From an uncultured Erysipelotrichaceae bacterium (GTDB taxonomy: Bacteria; Bacillota_I; Bacilli_A; RF39; UBA660), in NCBI GenBank assembly GCA_902791625.1, contig CADAWN010000003.1:30465-94464 (forward strand): a stretch of 64,000 nt of DNA, in the 5' to 3' direction. How positions within the stretch are numbered: the first letter of the stretch is position 1; the number at the start of each line of letters is the position of its first letter. Below are positions 17,972-29,638 of this stretch, piece after piece. The notes under the pieces were generated by a model. It was not told the origin of the DNA. It worked only from the letters and a program-made list of their open reading frames with translations, and did not search any database. The translations under genes were made by a program, and so were the position numbers.

Positions 17972-20791
17972 ATGGATAAAATTATTATTAAAGGTGCTAG
18001 AGAGAATAATTTAAAAAATATTAATCTTGAACTTCCAAAGAACAAATTAATTGTTATGACTGGAGTATCTGGTTCTGGTAAAAGTAGTTTAGCTTTTGAT
18101 ACTATTTATGCTGAAGGTGAAAGAAGATATATGGAAAGCCTTTCTGCTTATGCAAGACAATTCTTAGGTAATAGTGAAAAGCCTGATGTAGATTCTATTG
18201 AAGGATTATCTCCAGCTATATCGATTGATCAAAAAACTACTAATAACAATCCTCGTTCTACAGTAGGAACAGTAACTGAAATATATGACTATTTAAGACT
18301 TGTTTTTGCACGCGTTGGAGTGCCATTCTGTCCTAATCATAATATACCTATAACTAGTCAAAGTGTAGAAGAAATGACTAATAAAATAATGGAATATCCT
18401 ATGGGAACCAAACTAATTATTATGTCACCAGTAGTACACGGAGAAAAAGGAACTCATAAAGATTTATTAGATGACCTTAGAAGAGATGGATATATTAGAG
18501 TTAGAGTTAATGGTGAAATGATTGATTTAAGCGAGAATATATCATTAGAAAAAAATAAAAAAGATAAAATTGATGTAGTTATTGATAGAATAGCATTAAA
18601 AGAAGATTCAAGATCTCGCCTTTTTGAAGCAATAGAACAGGCTACAAAACTTTCTAATGGAAAAGTAGTAGTACAAATCTTAGGATATGAGAAAAAAGAA
18701 TTAGTTTTTTCTGAACAATATGCCTGTCCATATTGTGAGTTTTCTCTTCCAGAATTAGAACCTAGAATGTTTAGTTTTAACGCACCATACGGAGCTTGTC
18801 CTGATTGTAATGGATTAGGAGTAAAACTCCAAATAGATGAAGATATTCTTATACCGGATACTAATAAATCAATTCAAGAAGGTTGTATTAAAACATTAAC
18901 TGATGATCCAGAAGGAATGGATTATTTAAAATTAGAATGTTTATGTAAACATTATAAGATAAAGATGGATATACCATGGAAAAAACTAAAAAGACGCGAA
19001 CAAGAGTATATTTTATATGGAAGTGACGAAATAATTCATTTTGAATATTCATCTAGAGGCGGAACAAAATATAATAAAAAAGAGTTCTATGAAGGAATTA
19101 TCAATAATTTAGAAAGAAGACATATGGAAACTAGCTCAACATGGGTTAGAGAATGGTTAGATAATTATATGATAGAACATACTTGTGATACATGTCATGG
19201 AGCAAGATTGAATGATTCAGTCTTACAAGTAAAATTAGGTGGAAAAAATATATATGAAGTAACAGAAATGTCTATTAGTGAATTAATTCCATTTTTTGAA
19301 AATTTAAAACTATCAAAGGAAAAGATTGAAATAGCTAAACTTGTTATTAAAGAAATATTAGATAGACTACACTTTTTGTCTAATGTAGGATTAGATTATC
19401 TAACGTTATCTAGGAGCGCTGGTACTTTATCAGGAGGAGAAGCTCAACGTATAAGACTTGCTACCCAAATAGGTTCACATCTTACTGGCGTTTTATATGT
19501 TTTAGATGAACCTAGTATTGGACTTCATCAAAGAGATAATGATAGATTAATTAAATCATTACTTGAAATGAGAGATCTAGGTAATACATTAGTAGTAGTT
19601 GAACACGATACTGATACTATGCTTGCAGCTGATTATTTAGTAGATATAGGACCTGGAGCTGGAGATAAAGGTGGATATGTAGTAGCAGCTGGAACTCCAG
19701 AAGAAGTAATGAAAAATGAAAAGAGCCTTACGGGTATGTATTTAACAGGTAAAAAATGTATTGATACACCAAAAATAAGAAGAAAAGGTAATAAAAAATT
19801 CTTAAAAATTAGAGGCGCAAAAGAAAATAATTTGAAAAATATAGATATAGATATACCACTAGGAACATTTACTTGTGTAACAGGTGTTTCAGGTAGTGGA
19901 AAGTCATCTCTTATAAATGAAGTACTAGTAAAAGCATTATCACAAAAGATATATGGAAGTAAAGAAAAACCTGGTAAGTATGATAAAATACTAGGAATTG
20001 ATAATATAGATAAAATAGTAGCAATATCTCAAAATCCAATAGGAAGAACACCTAGAAGTAATCCAGCAACCTATACAGGTGTATTTGATGATATAAGAGA
20101 ATTATTTACAACTACAAAAGAATCTAAAATGTATGGATTTGAAAAAAATAGATTTTCATTTAATGTAAAAGGGGGAAGATGTGAAGCTTGTCGAGGTGAT
20201 GGAGTTAAGAAAATAGAGATGCATTTCTTACCTGATGTATATGTACCTTGTGAAGTATGCCATGGTACTCGTTATAATACAGAGACATTAAACATAAAAT
20301 ATAAGGGTAAAAACATTGCAGAAGTACTTGATATGAGAGTATCTGAAGCATTAGAATTCTTTGAAAATATTCCTAAGATAAAAAGAAAACTTCAAGTAAT
20401 TGAGGATGTAGGACTTGGATATATTAAATTAGGACAAAGTGCTCCTACTTTATCAGGTGGAGAAGCAGAACGTGTAAAACTTGCTAAAGAACTACAAAAA
20501 GTATCTACTGGAAAGACTTTATATGTACTTGATGAACCAACAACAGGACTTCATACTGATGATATAAAACGCTTACTTGCTATTTTACAAAAAATAGTAG
20601 ATAATAAAGATACAGTAATAGTAATTGAACACAACTTAGATGTCATTAAGACAGCTGACTATATAATAGATTTAGGACCTGAAGGTGGTAACCTTGGTGG
20701 AGAAGTTATCGCATGTGGTACACCAGAAGAAATAATTAAGAATCCTAAATCATATACAGGAGAATATTTAAAGAGAATAATGAAAAAATAG
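17972..20791 (+). CDS. uvrA: excinuclease ABC subunit A
   Basis: GARENNLKN, two GVSGSGKSS Walker A motifs, LSGGEA signatures, CxxC zinc fingers. Confidence 0.98.
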   Translation: MDKIIIKGARENNLKNINLELPKNKLIVMTGVSGSGKSSLAFDTIYAEGERRYMESLSAYARQFLGNSEKPDVDSIEGLSPAISIDQKTTNNNPRSTVGTVTEIYDYLRLVFARVGVPFCPNHNIPITSQSVEEMTNKIMEYPMGTKLIIMSPVVHGEKGTHKDLLDDLRRDGYIRVRVNGEMIDLSENISLEKNKKDKIDVVIDRIALKEDSRSRLFEAIEQATKLSNGKVVVQILGYEKKELVFSEQYACPYCEFSLPELEPRMFSFNAPYGACPDCNGLGVKLQIDEDILIPDTNKSIQEGCIKTLTDDPEGMDYLKLECLCKHYKIKMDIPWKKLKRREQEYILYGSDEIIHFEYSSRGGTKYNKKEFYEGIINNLERRHMETSSTWVREWLDNYMIEHTCDTCHGARLNDSVLQVKLGGKNIYEVTEMSISELIPFFENLKLSKEKIEIAKLVIKEILDRLHFLSNVGLDYLTLSRSAGTLSGGEAQRIRLATQIGSHLTGVLYVLDEPSIGLHQRDNDRLIKSLLEMRDLGNTLVVVEHDTDTMLAADYLVDIGPGAGDKGGYVVAAGTPEEVMKNEKSLTGMYLTGKKCIDTPKIRRKGNKKFLKIRGAKENNLKNIDIDIPLGTFTCVTGVSGSGKSSLINEVLVKALSQKIYGSKEKPGKYDKILGIDNIDKIVAISQNPIGRTPRSNPATYTGVFDDIRELFTTTKESKMYGFEKNRFSFNVKGGRCEACRGDGVKKIEMHFLPDVYVPCEVCHGTRYNTETLNIKYKGKNIAEVLDMRVSEALEFFENIPKIKRKLQVIEDVGLGYIKLGQSAPTLSGGEAERVKLAKELQKVSTGKTLYVLDEPTTGLHTDDIKRLLAILQKIVDNKDTVIVIEHNLDVIKTADYIIDLGPEGGNLGGEVIACGTPEEIIKNPKSYTGEYLKRIMKK

Positions 20792-20800
20792 GGTGATAAA

Positions 20801-21631
20801 ATGGATAGAGTTGCAATAGACTTAGGATTTATACAAATATATTGGTATTCAATATTTATTTTACTTGGAATACTTGTTGCGGCAATCTTAATATATAAGG
20901 AATGTAAAAAACAAGGTCTAAAAAGCGAAGAATTTACAGACCTATTATTTAATACTGTAGTATTTGGAATAATAGGTGCTAGAATTTATTATGTATTATT
21001 TAACTTCTCTTATTATTGGAATAATAAAATAGAAATACTTGAGATATGGCATGGAGGACTTGCTATACATGGAGGACTTTTATTTGGAGCTTTATATGTA
21101 TTACATTTTTGTAAAAAACATAAACTTAATAAATTAAAATTAATGGATATGATAGTAGTTGGAGTAATTATTGGTCAAGCTATAGGAAGATGGGGTAATT
21201 TCTTTAATGGAGAAGCTTATGGACCACTTACTACATATGCTGCTCTTAAACAAAATTTAATACCAGAATTTATAATCAAAGGTATGAAAATACTTGGACA
21301 GTATTATGAACCAACATTCTATTATGAATCGCTATGGAATATTAATGGATTTATAATATTATTACTTGCTAGATCAAGAAAGAAAATTAAGATTGGTCAA
21401 ATAACAGGAATATATTTCTTATGGTATTCGATTGGTCGAATGTATATAGAATCTTTAAGAGCAGATAGTCTTATGCTTAAAAACTTTAAAGTTGCTCAAA
21501 TAGTATCTGGAATATTAATAATAGTAGGTTTAATACTAATAATTAAACCAATAATTAAGAAAGAAGATAAATTATATAATAATAAATCTACAACCAGAAC
21601 TAGTGATTATGAAGAAGATATGATATCTTAA
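20801..21631 (+). CDS. lgt: prolipoprotein diacylglyceryl transferase
   Basis: GARIYYV, WHGGLAIHGG, IGRWGNFFNGE motifs. Confidence 0.95.
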   Translation: MDRVAIDLGFIQIYWYSIFILLGILVAAILIYKECKKQGLKSEEFTDLLFNTVVFGIIGARIYYVLFNFSYYWNNKIEILEIWHGGLAIHGGLLFGALYVLHFCKKHKLNKLKLMDMIVVGVIIGQAIGRWGNFFNGEAYGPLTTYAALKQNLIPEFIIKGMKILGQYYEPTFYYESLWNINGFIILLLARSRKKIKIGQITGIYFLWYSIGRMYIESLRADSLMLKNFKVAQIVSGILIIVGLILIIKPIIKKEDKLYNNKSTTRTSDYEEDMIS

Positions 21632-21643
21632 AGAGGTGAGATA

Positions 21644-22597
21644 ATGAAGAAAAAAGTAGTAATATTTGGAGGAGGAACCGGACTTTCTACTCTATTAAAA
21701 GGATTAAAAGATTTCCCACTTGAAATAACTGCTATTATTACAGTTTCAGATAATGGAAGATCTACCGGAAGACTTAGACAAGAGTTTAATATGCCTGCTG
21801 TTGGAGATATTAGACAAGTTATTTCTAATTTATCAGATACTAATGATAGTATAAAAGAAATGCTTGAATATAGATTTGAAACTTCTAGTGATTTAAATGG
21901 TCATACTGTTGGTAATTTAATATTAACTTCTATGTTTAATATTACTGGTAGCTTAAAGAAATCTATTTCTAATCTTTCTAAACTACTTGATGTTCATCAC
22001 AAAGTATTACCTTTATCAGAAGATAGAAAAATAACATTAATGGCTACAACAAAAAGTGGAAATATAGTAGAAGGAGAAAGTGAAATAACAGAATGTAATG
22101 AAAAAATTGATCACATCTTCTATAAAAAAGAACCACATGTATTACCAGAAGTTATTGATGCGATAGGTAATGCTGACTTAATAATATTTAGTATGGGGAG
22201 TCTTTATACAAGCTTACTTCCAAATATTATATGTAATTCAGTACTTGATGCACTTGATAATACAAAAGCACCTATTATGTATATATGTAATGCCATGACT
22301 CAACCAGGAGAAACAGATCATTTTACTGTAGGTGATCATATAGAAATGATAAATAGTTATTTAAATAAAAGAAAAATAGATGTTGTTATCGCAAGTAATT
22401 CTAAAATAGATAAAGTAATTACTAAAAAATATGAAACACAAGAACAAAAAGATCCTGTAAAAATAGATAAAAGTAAAATTAATAAGTTAAATGTTGAATT
22501 AATAGAGTCTGATATCTTTAAAATAGAAGGTGGATATTTAAGACATGATAGTATAAAACTTGCAACGCTTATAATGTATTATTTAATGAGGGATTAA
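21644..22597 (+). CDS. yvcK: YvcK/GlmR (CofD-like) gluconeogenesis factor
   Basis: GGGTGL, VSDNGRSTGRLR, GSLYTS, NAMTQPGET; precedes whiA. Confidence 0.92.
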   Translation: MKKKVVIFGGGTGLSTLLKGLKDFPLEITAIITVSDNGRSTGRLRQEFNMPAVGDIRQVISNLSDTNDSIKEMLEYRFETSSDLNGHTVGNLILTSMFNITGSLKKSISNLSKLLDVHHKVLPLSEDRKITLMATTKSGNIVEGESEITECNEKIDHIFYKKEPHVLPEVIDAIGNADLIIFSMGSLYTSLLPNIICNSVLDALDNTKAPIMYICNAMTQPGETDHFTVGDHIEMINSYLNKRKIDVVIASNSKIDKVITKKYETQEQKDPVKIDKSKINKLNVELIESDIFKIEGGYLRHDSIKLATLIMYYLMRD

Positions 22598-22598
22598 T

Positions 22599-23522
22599 AT
22601 GTCATATACAACAAAGATTAAAAATGAAATAGCTAAAATAGAAAATACTAAATCAGAGTCAATAGCTGAATTATCTGCTTTTATTAGAAATAATGGTTAT
22701 ATAGATAATAACACTTTATATTTAACTACTGAAAATGAAAATATACTTAATAGATTAACTAAGTTTTTAACTAGTTTATATGATATTAAAGTAGAATTAG
22801 AGAAGAAAGATAACCTTAATTTCTCTAAGAAAAAGTTAAATGTTATTAAAGTAAGTGATAAAGTTAATTATATTTTACAAGATATAGGTTATTACTCTAG
22901 TAATAATACTTATTTAGAATCTCCACCTAATTATATAGTAGGAGCTAATGAAGAGATAAGAGCTTACCTTAGAGGAGTATTTTTATGCCAAGGAAGTATA
23001 AATGATCCAGAATCTTCTTATCATATGGAACTTCTTGTTGATAAACCAGATGAAGCAGTATTTATACAAAAGCTTCTTAATATATTTGATTTAAATGCAA
23101 AGATATTAACTCGTAATAATGGTTATATGATATATATTAAAGAAGCTGATAAGATAGGTGACTATTTGAGAATATTAAAAGCTAATCAGGCTGTACTTTA
23201 TTTTGAAAATATAAGAATATATCATCAAGAAAAAAATATTGCGAATCGTCTTAATAATTGTGAACAAGCAAATATTGATAAAATCATTCAAACAGCAAGT
23301 GAACAGCTAAAATATATTAGTATTATTGAAGAAAATATGGGTGTTGAACTTTTAGATGATAAAACTAAAGAAGCACTTCTTTATCGTAAAAAGTATCCAG
23401 AATCTTCACTAAAAGAATTAAGTGAAATAATATCACTTGAAACAGGTAAAAAAATAACTAAATCAGGACTTAATCATAGATTTAGAAAAATAAAAGAACT
23501 AGCTACACGTTTAAGTAATTAG
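22599..23522 (+). CDS. whiA: DNA-binding protein WhiA
   Basis: [36 protein letters not shown]. Confidence 0.95.
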   Translation: MSYTTKIKNEIAKIENTKSESIAELSAFIRNNGYIDNNTLYLTTENENILNRLTKFLTSLYDIKVELEKKDNLNFSKKKLNVIKVSDKVNYILQDIGYYSSNNTYLESPPNYIVGANEEIRAYLRGVFLCQGSINDPESSYHMELLVDKPDEAVFIQKLLNIFDLNAKILTRNNGYMIYIKEADKIGDYLRILKANQAVLYFENIRIYHQEKNIANRLNNCEQANIDKIIQTASEQLKYISIIEENMGVELLDDKTKEALLYRKKYPESSLKELSEIISLETGKKITKSGLNHRFRKIKELATRLSN

Positions 23523-24101
23523 TTCTTTTTTTTCTATTATTTTATCTATTAAACCATATTCTAAAGCTTCACAACTACTCATATAAAAATCTCTATCAGT
23601 ATCCTTTTCAATAGTAGATAAATCTTTATCAGTATTCTTAGATAATATCTTATTTAACTTATCTTTTAATTTTAAAATATGTTCCGCAACTATTTTTATT
23701 TCTGTTGCTTGACCTTTCGCTCCTCCAAGTGGTTGATGAATCATAATCTCACTATTAGGAAGAGAATATCTTTTACCTTTTTCTCCACTACTAAGTAAGA
23801 ATGCACCCATTGATGCAGCCATACCTACACAAATAGTAGAGACATCACTTTTTATAAAATTCATAGTGTCATATATAGCCATTCCTGCAGATACACTACC
23901 TCCTGGAGAGTTAATATATAGTGATATATCTTCATTATTAATTGAATCTAAATAAAGAAGTTGACTTACAATACTACTAGAAGTATTCTCATCAATTTCT
24001 CCAGTTAAAATAATTATTCTATTCTTAAGTAATCTTGAATATATATCATAACTTCTCTCACCATTATAATCTTTTTCTACCACAACAGGAACTAAATTCA
24101 T
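23511..24101 (-). CDS. clpP: ATP-dependent Clp protease proteolytic subunit
   Basis: [32 protein letters not shown]. Confidence 0.96.
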   Translation of the reverse strand: MNLVPVVVEKDYNGERSYDIYSRLLKNRIIILTGEIDENTSSSIVSQLLYLDSINNEDISLYINSPGGSVSAGMAIYDTMNFIKSDVSTICVGMAASMGAFLLSSGEKGKRYSLPNSEIMIHQPLGGAKGQATEIKIVAEHILKLKDKLNKILSKNTDKDLSTIEKDTDRDFYMSSCEALEYGLIDKIIEKKELIT

Positions 24102-24204
24102 AAAATCACCTATAAATATTTTAATGTAAAAACATAAAAAATATACATTTTAAAATCCGTCAAAATATGATACAATATGAATAAGATATAAGAGGGTGAA
24201 AAAA

Positions 24205-25860
24205 ATGAGTCTAGATACAGTTAAAATAACAGTAGATGGAAAAGATTTTTATACTAAAAAAGGAACTACTTTGGAAGCAATAGCTAAAGAATTTGAAAAA
24301 GATTTTAAACATCCAATATTAGTTGCTAAAGCAAATAATTCTTTAAAAGAATTAAATTATAAAGTAGAAAAACCTAAAAACATAACTTTTTTAGATTTAA
24401 CTAGTAAAGAAGGAAATAAAATACATATTAATACACTTGTATTCATTCTTTCAGTTGCAGTAAAAGAATTATATGGAATTAAATATGATATTTGTTCTAG
24501 ACATTCTATAGATAAAGGACTATACATTGGAACTAATTTTGTTCTAACTGAAAGTAGACTAGAAGATATTAAGAAAAAGATGGAAGAAATAATAAACGAA
24601 GAAAGACCAATTGCTAAGCTAAATGTTGATAGATTAGAAGCTAGAGATTACTTTAGTAAAATAGGAGATAAGTCTAAAGTTAATATTTTAAAGTATACTA
24701 CTAATTCATATATAACTTTATATAAATTGGGTAACTATTATGATTATTTTTATACTAGAATGCCAATAAATACTAAATATGTTAAAGAATTTGACTTAAC
24801 ATATATTTCAAAAGATGGCTTAGTACTAAGATTCCCAACTATATATAATAGTGATACTATAAAAGAATATCAAGATCATCCAGGTATGTTTAAAGCATTT
24901 AAAGATTGTTCAGATTGGGCTAAAAATATGAATGTAACAGATGCATCTTTACTAAATGATGTTGTATCTACTGGAAAGATAGATGAGTTTATTCGTATAA
25001 ATGAAGCTAAACAAAATAATGAGTTATTAGAACTAGCTAAAAGAATTAAAAATAATGGTGAACTAAAAGCAGTATTACTTGCTGGACCATCTTCATCTGG
25101 TAAAACAACTACATCTAAAAAATTATGTATGTTTTTAAAATCATTTGGAGTAAAACCCTTAGTTATTTCTATGGATGACTATTTTGTAGAAAGAGAAGAA
25201 ACTCCAGTTGATGAAAATGGAAAACCTGATTATGAATGTTTAGAAGCAGTAGATTTAAAACTATTGGATAAACAATTACAAGAATTAGTAAGTGGTGAAG
25301 AAGTAACACTTCCTACATATAATTTCTTAACAGGAAAAAAAGAATTTAAAGAAAAAGCTAAACTAGACCCTAATGGAATTATAGTTATGGAAGGTATTCA
25401 TGCACTTGATGATAAAATATTAAAGAATAGTAATGGTAAAAATGTATTTAGAATATATATATCTGCTCTTACAGAATTAAATATAGATAATCATAATTGT
25501 ATTTCAACAACAAGTAATAGATTACTAAGAAGAATAGTAAGAGATAATAAAACTCGCGGACATAGTGTTCAAAAAACATTATCTTCATGGGGTGAAGTAA
25601 GAACAGGAGAAGAAAAATATATTTTCCCTTATCAAGATAACGCAGATTATGTATTTAACTCTGGATTACTATATGAAATAGGAATACTAAAAACATATGT
25701 TGAACCACTACTTTATTCAGTAGATCCAAGAGATAGTTGTTATGAAGAAGCTAAAAGATTAATTAACTTCTTAGGTTTCTTCTTACCAATACCAGCTGAT
25801 GCAATACCACAAGATTCAGTATTAAGAGAATTTATTGGAGGAAGTTGTTTTTACGAATAA
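24205..25860 (+). CDS. uridine/nucleoside kinase with N-terminal ThrRS-like (TGS) domains
   Basis: N-terminal TGS-like region, AGPSSSGKTT, SMDDYF, EGIHAL, RRIVRD. Confidence 0.8.
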   Translation: MSLDTVKITVDGKDFYTKKGTTLEAIAKEFEKDFKHPILVAKANNSLKELNYKVEKPKNITFLDLTSKEGNKIHINTLVFILSVAVKELYGIKYDICSRHSIDKGLYIGTNFVLTESRLEDIKKKMEEIINEERPIAKLNVDRLEARDYFSKIGDKSKVNILKYTTNSYITLYKLGNYYDYFYTRMPINTKYVKEFDLTYISKDGLVLRFPTIYNSDTIKEYQDHPGMFKAFKDCSDWAKNMNVTDASLLNDVVSTGKIDEFIRINEAKQNNELLELAKRIKNNGELKAVLLAGPSSSGKTTTSKKLCMFLKSFGVKPLVISMDDYFVEREETPVDENGKPDYECLEAVDLKLLDKQLQELVSGEEVTLPTYNFLTGKKEFKEKAKLDPNGIIVMEGIHALDDKILKNSNGKNVFRIYISALTELNIDNHNCISTTSNRLLRRIVRDNKTRGHSVQKTLSSWGEVRTGEEKYIFPYQDNADYVFNSGLLYEIGILKTYVEPLLYSVDPRDSCYEEAKRLINFLGFFLPIPADAIPQDSVLREFIGGSCFYE

Positions 25861-25892
25861 CTTTCTTTTAATATAAAGAAAGGAGTACTAAT

Positions 25893-27197
25893 ATGCTAAT
25901 AGATAATCCACTTAATAAAAGATATGATATAGATGAAATAGAAAAATTAATGTTTGATGATTTTAATTCTAAATCAGAAGAATTGTACAGGATGTCATGT
26001 GAAGAAATAGTAATAGATTCTAATGCATCAGAAAAAGAAATAGAAGATTTGAAGAATATTAATCATAAATTAAGAAAGTGCGAAATTTTAGTAAAAGATA
26101 ATGAAAAGAATAGTATTGAAAAAGTAAAAAAAATTGTAGATATATTAGTAGATAATAATCAATACGTAATTTTAAAAATATTTAAAGAAAAAGATTTTCC
26201 TTTTAGTGAATTTAAAAATACTAAATATATAAACAAAGTAAAAATAGGAGATTTTCAATATGGTGTTGAAATTTCACAAGCTATAAGAACAGATGAGTTA
26301 TTAAATATTTTTGTTAAAGATATAAAAGAATCAAATTTAAGTCCATTTGAAAAATATATTAGTGTTTATAATATCGTAAAAAAGTATAAACAGTATAATG
26401 AAACACCAGGAGAAGTAACTGATGAAAAGATGAAATCAAGAAATATTTATAATATACTTTTTAATGATTATATGGTGTGTGTTGGGTATTCAGAAATGTT
26501 GAAAGCTCTATGTAATAAAATAGATATACCATGTACATCTATAGATTGTTATATGAATGAATCAGTGTTAGAAGGAAAAGAATTTGATGATAAAGCATAT
26601 GTTGGTCATGAAAGAAATATGGTATATTTAAAAGATCCTAAGTATAATCTAGATGGTTATTATTATGCAGATGCTTGTTGGGATAATTTCTTGGATAAAG
26701 ATAGCTACACTTATCTTGCTTTAACACCTAGAGAAATAACTAATATATCAGTTAAACCTTTAAAAATGCAAACGGAAGATTTATTAGATGTTGATAATAT
26801 AGATGAATTTCTAAGAAAACTTAATTATTTACCTTCTTATAGTTTTAATGATTTAATTGAACTTATTAAAAATATAGATTCAGAGTATTATGAAGAAATT
26901 AGAGAAAAATATGATTTGAGTGGACTATTTATAAAAAAAGATCCAAAACTAATAGCTGATTTATATACTCATATTCAGTCTAAAACTAAGAATAAAGAAA
27001 TAGATGGTAAAACAATTGAAAGAGCAGTAAGAACTGTTCATAAAAGAATATATCCTGATCTTTCTCAGGAAAAAAGAATTGATGATTTAGTAGATATGTT
27101 AGTATATAATGATATACGTGCAGAACAAGAAAAAATAGAAAAAACTAATGATGAGGGAACCGAAGTAATTGGTATAGGAGATAAATTTAAATTTTAA
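25893..27197 (+). CDS. transglutaminase-like (Cys-His-Asp) domain protein
   Basis: VCVGYS, GHERN, ADACWD spacing fits the transglutaminase-core triad; no signal peptide. Confidence 0.55.
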   Translation: MLIDNPLNKRYDIDEIEKLMFDDFNSKSEELYRMSCEEIVIDSNASEKEIEDLKNINHKLRKCEILVKDNEKNSIEKVKKIVDILVDNNQYVILKIFKEKDFPFSEFKNTKYINKVKIGDFQYGVEISQAIRTDELLNIFVKDIKESNLSPFEKYISVYNIVKKYKQYNETPGEVTDEKMKSRNIYNILFNDYMVCVGYSEMLKALCNKIDIPCTSIDCYMNESVLEGKEFDDKAYVGHERNMVYLKDPKYNLDGYYYADACWDNFLDKDSYTYLALTPREITNISVKPLKMQTEDLLDVDNIDEFLRKLNYLPSYSFNDLIELIKNIDSEYYEEIREKYDLSGLFIKKDPKLIADLYTHIQSKTKNKEIDGKTIERAVRTVHKRIYPDLSQEKRIDDLVDMLVYNDIRAEQEKIEKTNDEGTEVIGIGDKFKF

Positions 27198-27253
27198 TTG
27201 CCAAAACCTTTATTTTATGGTAATATATTACTAGTCGAGAAACGGAGGCATAT

Positions 27254-27466
27254 ATGAAAGTATTTTTATTAGTAATATCAATCCTATTAATTATAATAGT
27301 TTTACTTCAAAGTGGTAAATCAGGAGATGCTGCTAAGATATTATCTGGTGGTAATAGTGATTTATTCTCTAAGAGAAAAGAAAGAGGAACAGAACTAGCT
27401 TTAACTAGAATTACATTTGTATTAGGTATTACATTTTTTATAATTTGTTTAGTATCTTCTTTTTAG
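27254..27466 (+). CDS. secG: preprotein translocase subunit SecG
   Basis: VLLQSGK, LF..RKERG, two TMs; precedes rnr. Confidence 0.92.
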   Translation: MKVFLLVISILLIIIVLLQSGKSGDAAKILSGGNSDLFSKRKERGTELALTRITFVLGITFFIICLVSSF

Positions 27467-27534
27467 ACCGTAAGGTCTTTTTTTTCTTGGTATTTTAAGT
27501 ACAATTTGTTATAATATAGTTGAAGGTGAAGAGT

Positions 27535-29637
27535 ATGAAGGACAAGGTTGTTGAAGTATTAAAAGAAAGTGATAAAGCACTTACTATTTATGATATACAA
27601 GATAAATTAGGAATAAAAGAAATAGATGATATAAAAGAGTTACAAAGTATTTTAAATAACTTAGAAAAAGAAGCTATTATCTATCATTCTAATAAAGATA
27701 GATATATGATGTTAGAAGATAGTCACCTACATAGAGGAATAATGAGAGCTAATAAGAAAGGTTTTGGATTTGTTGATATAGACAATTCAGAAACTGATGT
27801 ATATGTTAGTGAAGATAATATGAATGGTGCTCTTCATGATGATATAGTATTAGTAGAAATAACTAGTAAAAAAGGAATAGATAGACCAGAAGGAAGAGTA
27901 TTAAGAATAGTAGAAAGAAAAAATGATACTTATGTTGGAGAAATTAACTTTAAAAAAGATAAAGGAATAGTATCTCTAGATGATAATAAGTTAAGAATTA
28001 AAGTACAAGTACCAAAAGATAAAACTATGAATGCTGTAGATGGACATAAAGTAGTAGTTAAACTTGGTAAAAGAATAGACAATCATACTTTTCAAGGTGA
28101 AGTAATAGAAATAATTGGACATAAGAATGATCCAGGAATAGATATTTTATCAATAGTTAAAAAATATAATATAGAAACTGATTTACCAGATGATGTTAAA
28201 GTTGAATTAAAAGATTTTCCTAATGAAGTAACAGAAGAAGAAATTAAAGGTAGACGTGATTTACGTAACGAAGTTATATTTACTATTGATGGTGATGATA
28301 CTAAAGATATAGATGATGCAATATCAATTAAGAGAAAGAATAATGGTAATTATATATTAGGAGTACATATCGCAGATGTAAGTTATTATGTTAAAGAAGG
28401 AAGCCCACTAGATAATGATGCAATGGAAAGAGGTACTTCTGTATACTTAGTAGATAGAGTTATACCAATGCTTCCACATGAACTATCTAACGGAATATGT
28501 TCACTTAATCCAAATGTTGATAGACTTGCAATATCATGTGTAATGGAATTTAACGCACAAGGAAGACAAGTAAATTATGAAATATTTGAAAGTGTAATTA
28601 GATCAAATATTCAAATGACTTATAAAAAAGTGAATCAAGTATTAGAAGAAAATAAGGTTCCAGAAGGATATGAAAAGTTTGTTAAAGACTTAAAATTAAT
28701 GCATGAACTTGCTGATATTTTAAGACATGAAAAAGAAAATAGAGGATATATTGATTTTAAAGTAGATGAAGCTAAGATTTTAGTAGATGAAGATTGTGTT
28801 CCATATGAAGTAACACTTAGAAATAGAGGAACAGGAGAAAGACTAATAGAAGATTTTATGATTGCAGCTAATGAATGTGTTGCAACTCATATTTACTTTA
28901 TGAATCTACCATTTATATACCGTGTACATGAAATGCCAAAAGAAGAAAGAATAAGAGAATTCTTAAGCTTTATAGGTACACTTGGATACAATACTACAGG
29001 TAATTTAAAAGAAAATACTCCTAAAAATATTCAAAAACTAATTAAGTTATTAGAGGATAAAAAAGAGTTTAAAATACTATCAAGCTTACTACTTAGAAGT
29101 ATGCAGAAAGCTGAGTATAAACCAATTAACTTAGGTCACTTTGGACTAGCAAGTAAATGTTATACACACTTTACCTCACCAATAAGACGTTATCCAGATA
29201 CTACTGTTCATAGACTTTTAAGAACTTATCTCTTTAATAATAAGTTAGATGATGGTACAATAAGACATTGGGAAGATAAATTAGTATATATAGCTGATCA
29301 CTCTTCAGCTAAAGAAAGAGCAAGTATTAACTGTGAAAGAGAAGTTGAAGATATGAAGATGGCTGAATATATGGAAAAACATATTGGTGAAGAATTTGAA
29401 GGAATGATATCATCAGTTATGAGTTTTGGTATGTTTGTTGAGTTAGATAATTTAATTGAAGGATTAGTATCTGTTAAAGATATGAAAGGATTCTTTAATT
29501 ATAATGAAGAAAGAATGTCTTTAACTAATGAAAAAAGTGGAGAAAAGTACATAATTGGAGATAGGGTAATAGTTAAAGTAATAAGAGCTTCAAAAGACGA
29601 GAAAACAATAGATTTTGAAATAGTAAAGAAGGTGTAG
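27535..29637 (+). CDS. rnr: ribonuclease R
   Basis: CSD, TIDGDDTKDIDDA, HFTSPIRRYPD, C-terminal S1; secG-rnr-smpB synteny. Confidence 0.95.
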   Translation: MKDKVVEVLKESDKALTIYDIQDKLGIKEIDDIKELQSILNNLEKEAIIYHSNKDRYMMLEDSHLHRGIMRANKKGFGFVDIDNSETDVYVSEDNMNGALHDDIVLVEITSKKGIDRPEGRVLRIVERKNDTYVGEINFKKDKGIVSLDDNKLRIKVQVPKDKTMNAVDGHKVVVKLGKRIDNHTFQGEVIEIIGHKNDPGIDILSIVKKYNIETDLPDDVKVELKDFPNEVTEEEIKGRRDLRNEVIFTIDGDDTKDIDDAISIKRKNNGNYILGVHIADVSYYVKEGSPLDNDAMERGTSVYLVDRVIPMLPHELSNGICSLNPNVDRLAISCVMEFNAQGRQVNYEIFESVIRSNIQMTYKKVNQVLEENKVPEGYEKFVKDLKLMHELADILRHEKENRGYIDFKVDEAKILVDEDCVPYEVTLRNRGTGERLIEDFMIAANECVATHIYFMNLPFIYRVHEMPKEERIREFLSFIGTLGYNTTGNLKENTPKNIQKLIKLLEDKKEFKILSSLLLRSMQKAEYKPINLGHFGLASKCYTHFTSPIRRYPDTTVHRLLRTYLFNNKLDDGTIRHWEDKLVYIADHSSAKERASINCEREVEDMKMAEYMEKHIGEEFEGMISSVMSFGMFVELDNLIEGLVSVKDMKGFFNYNEERMSLTNEKSGEKYIIGDRVIVKVIRASKDEKTIDFEIVKKV

Positions 29638-29638
29638 T

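Noticed and set aside
23511-24101. clpP inverted relative to its neighbours
   Set aside because: clpP convergent with the whiA cluster is a conserved arrangement in Bacilli, including B. subtilis
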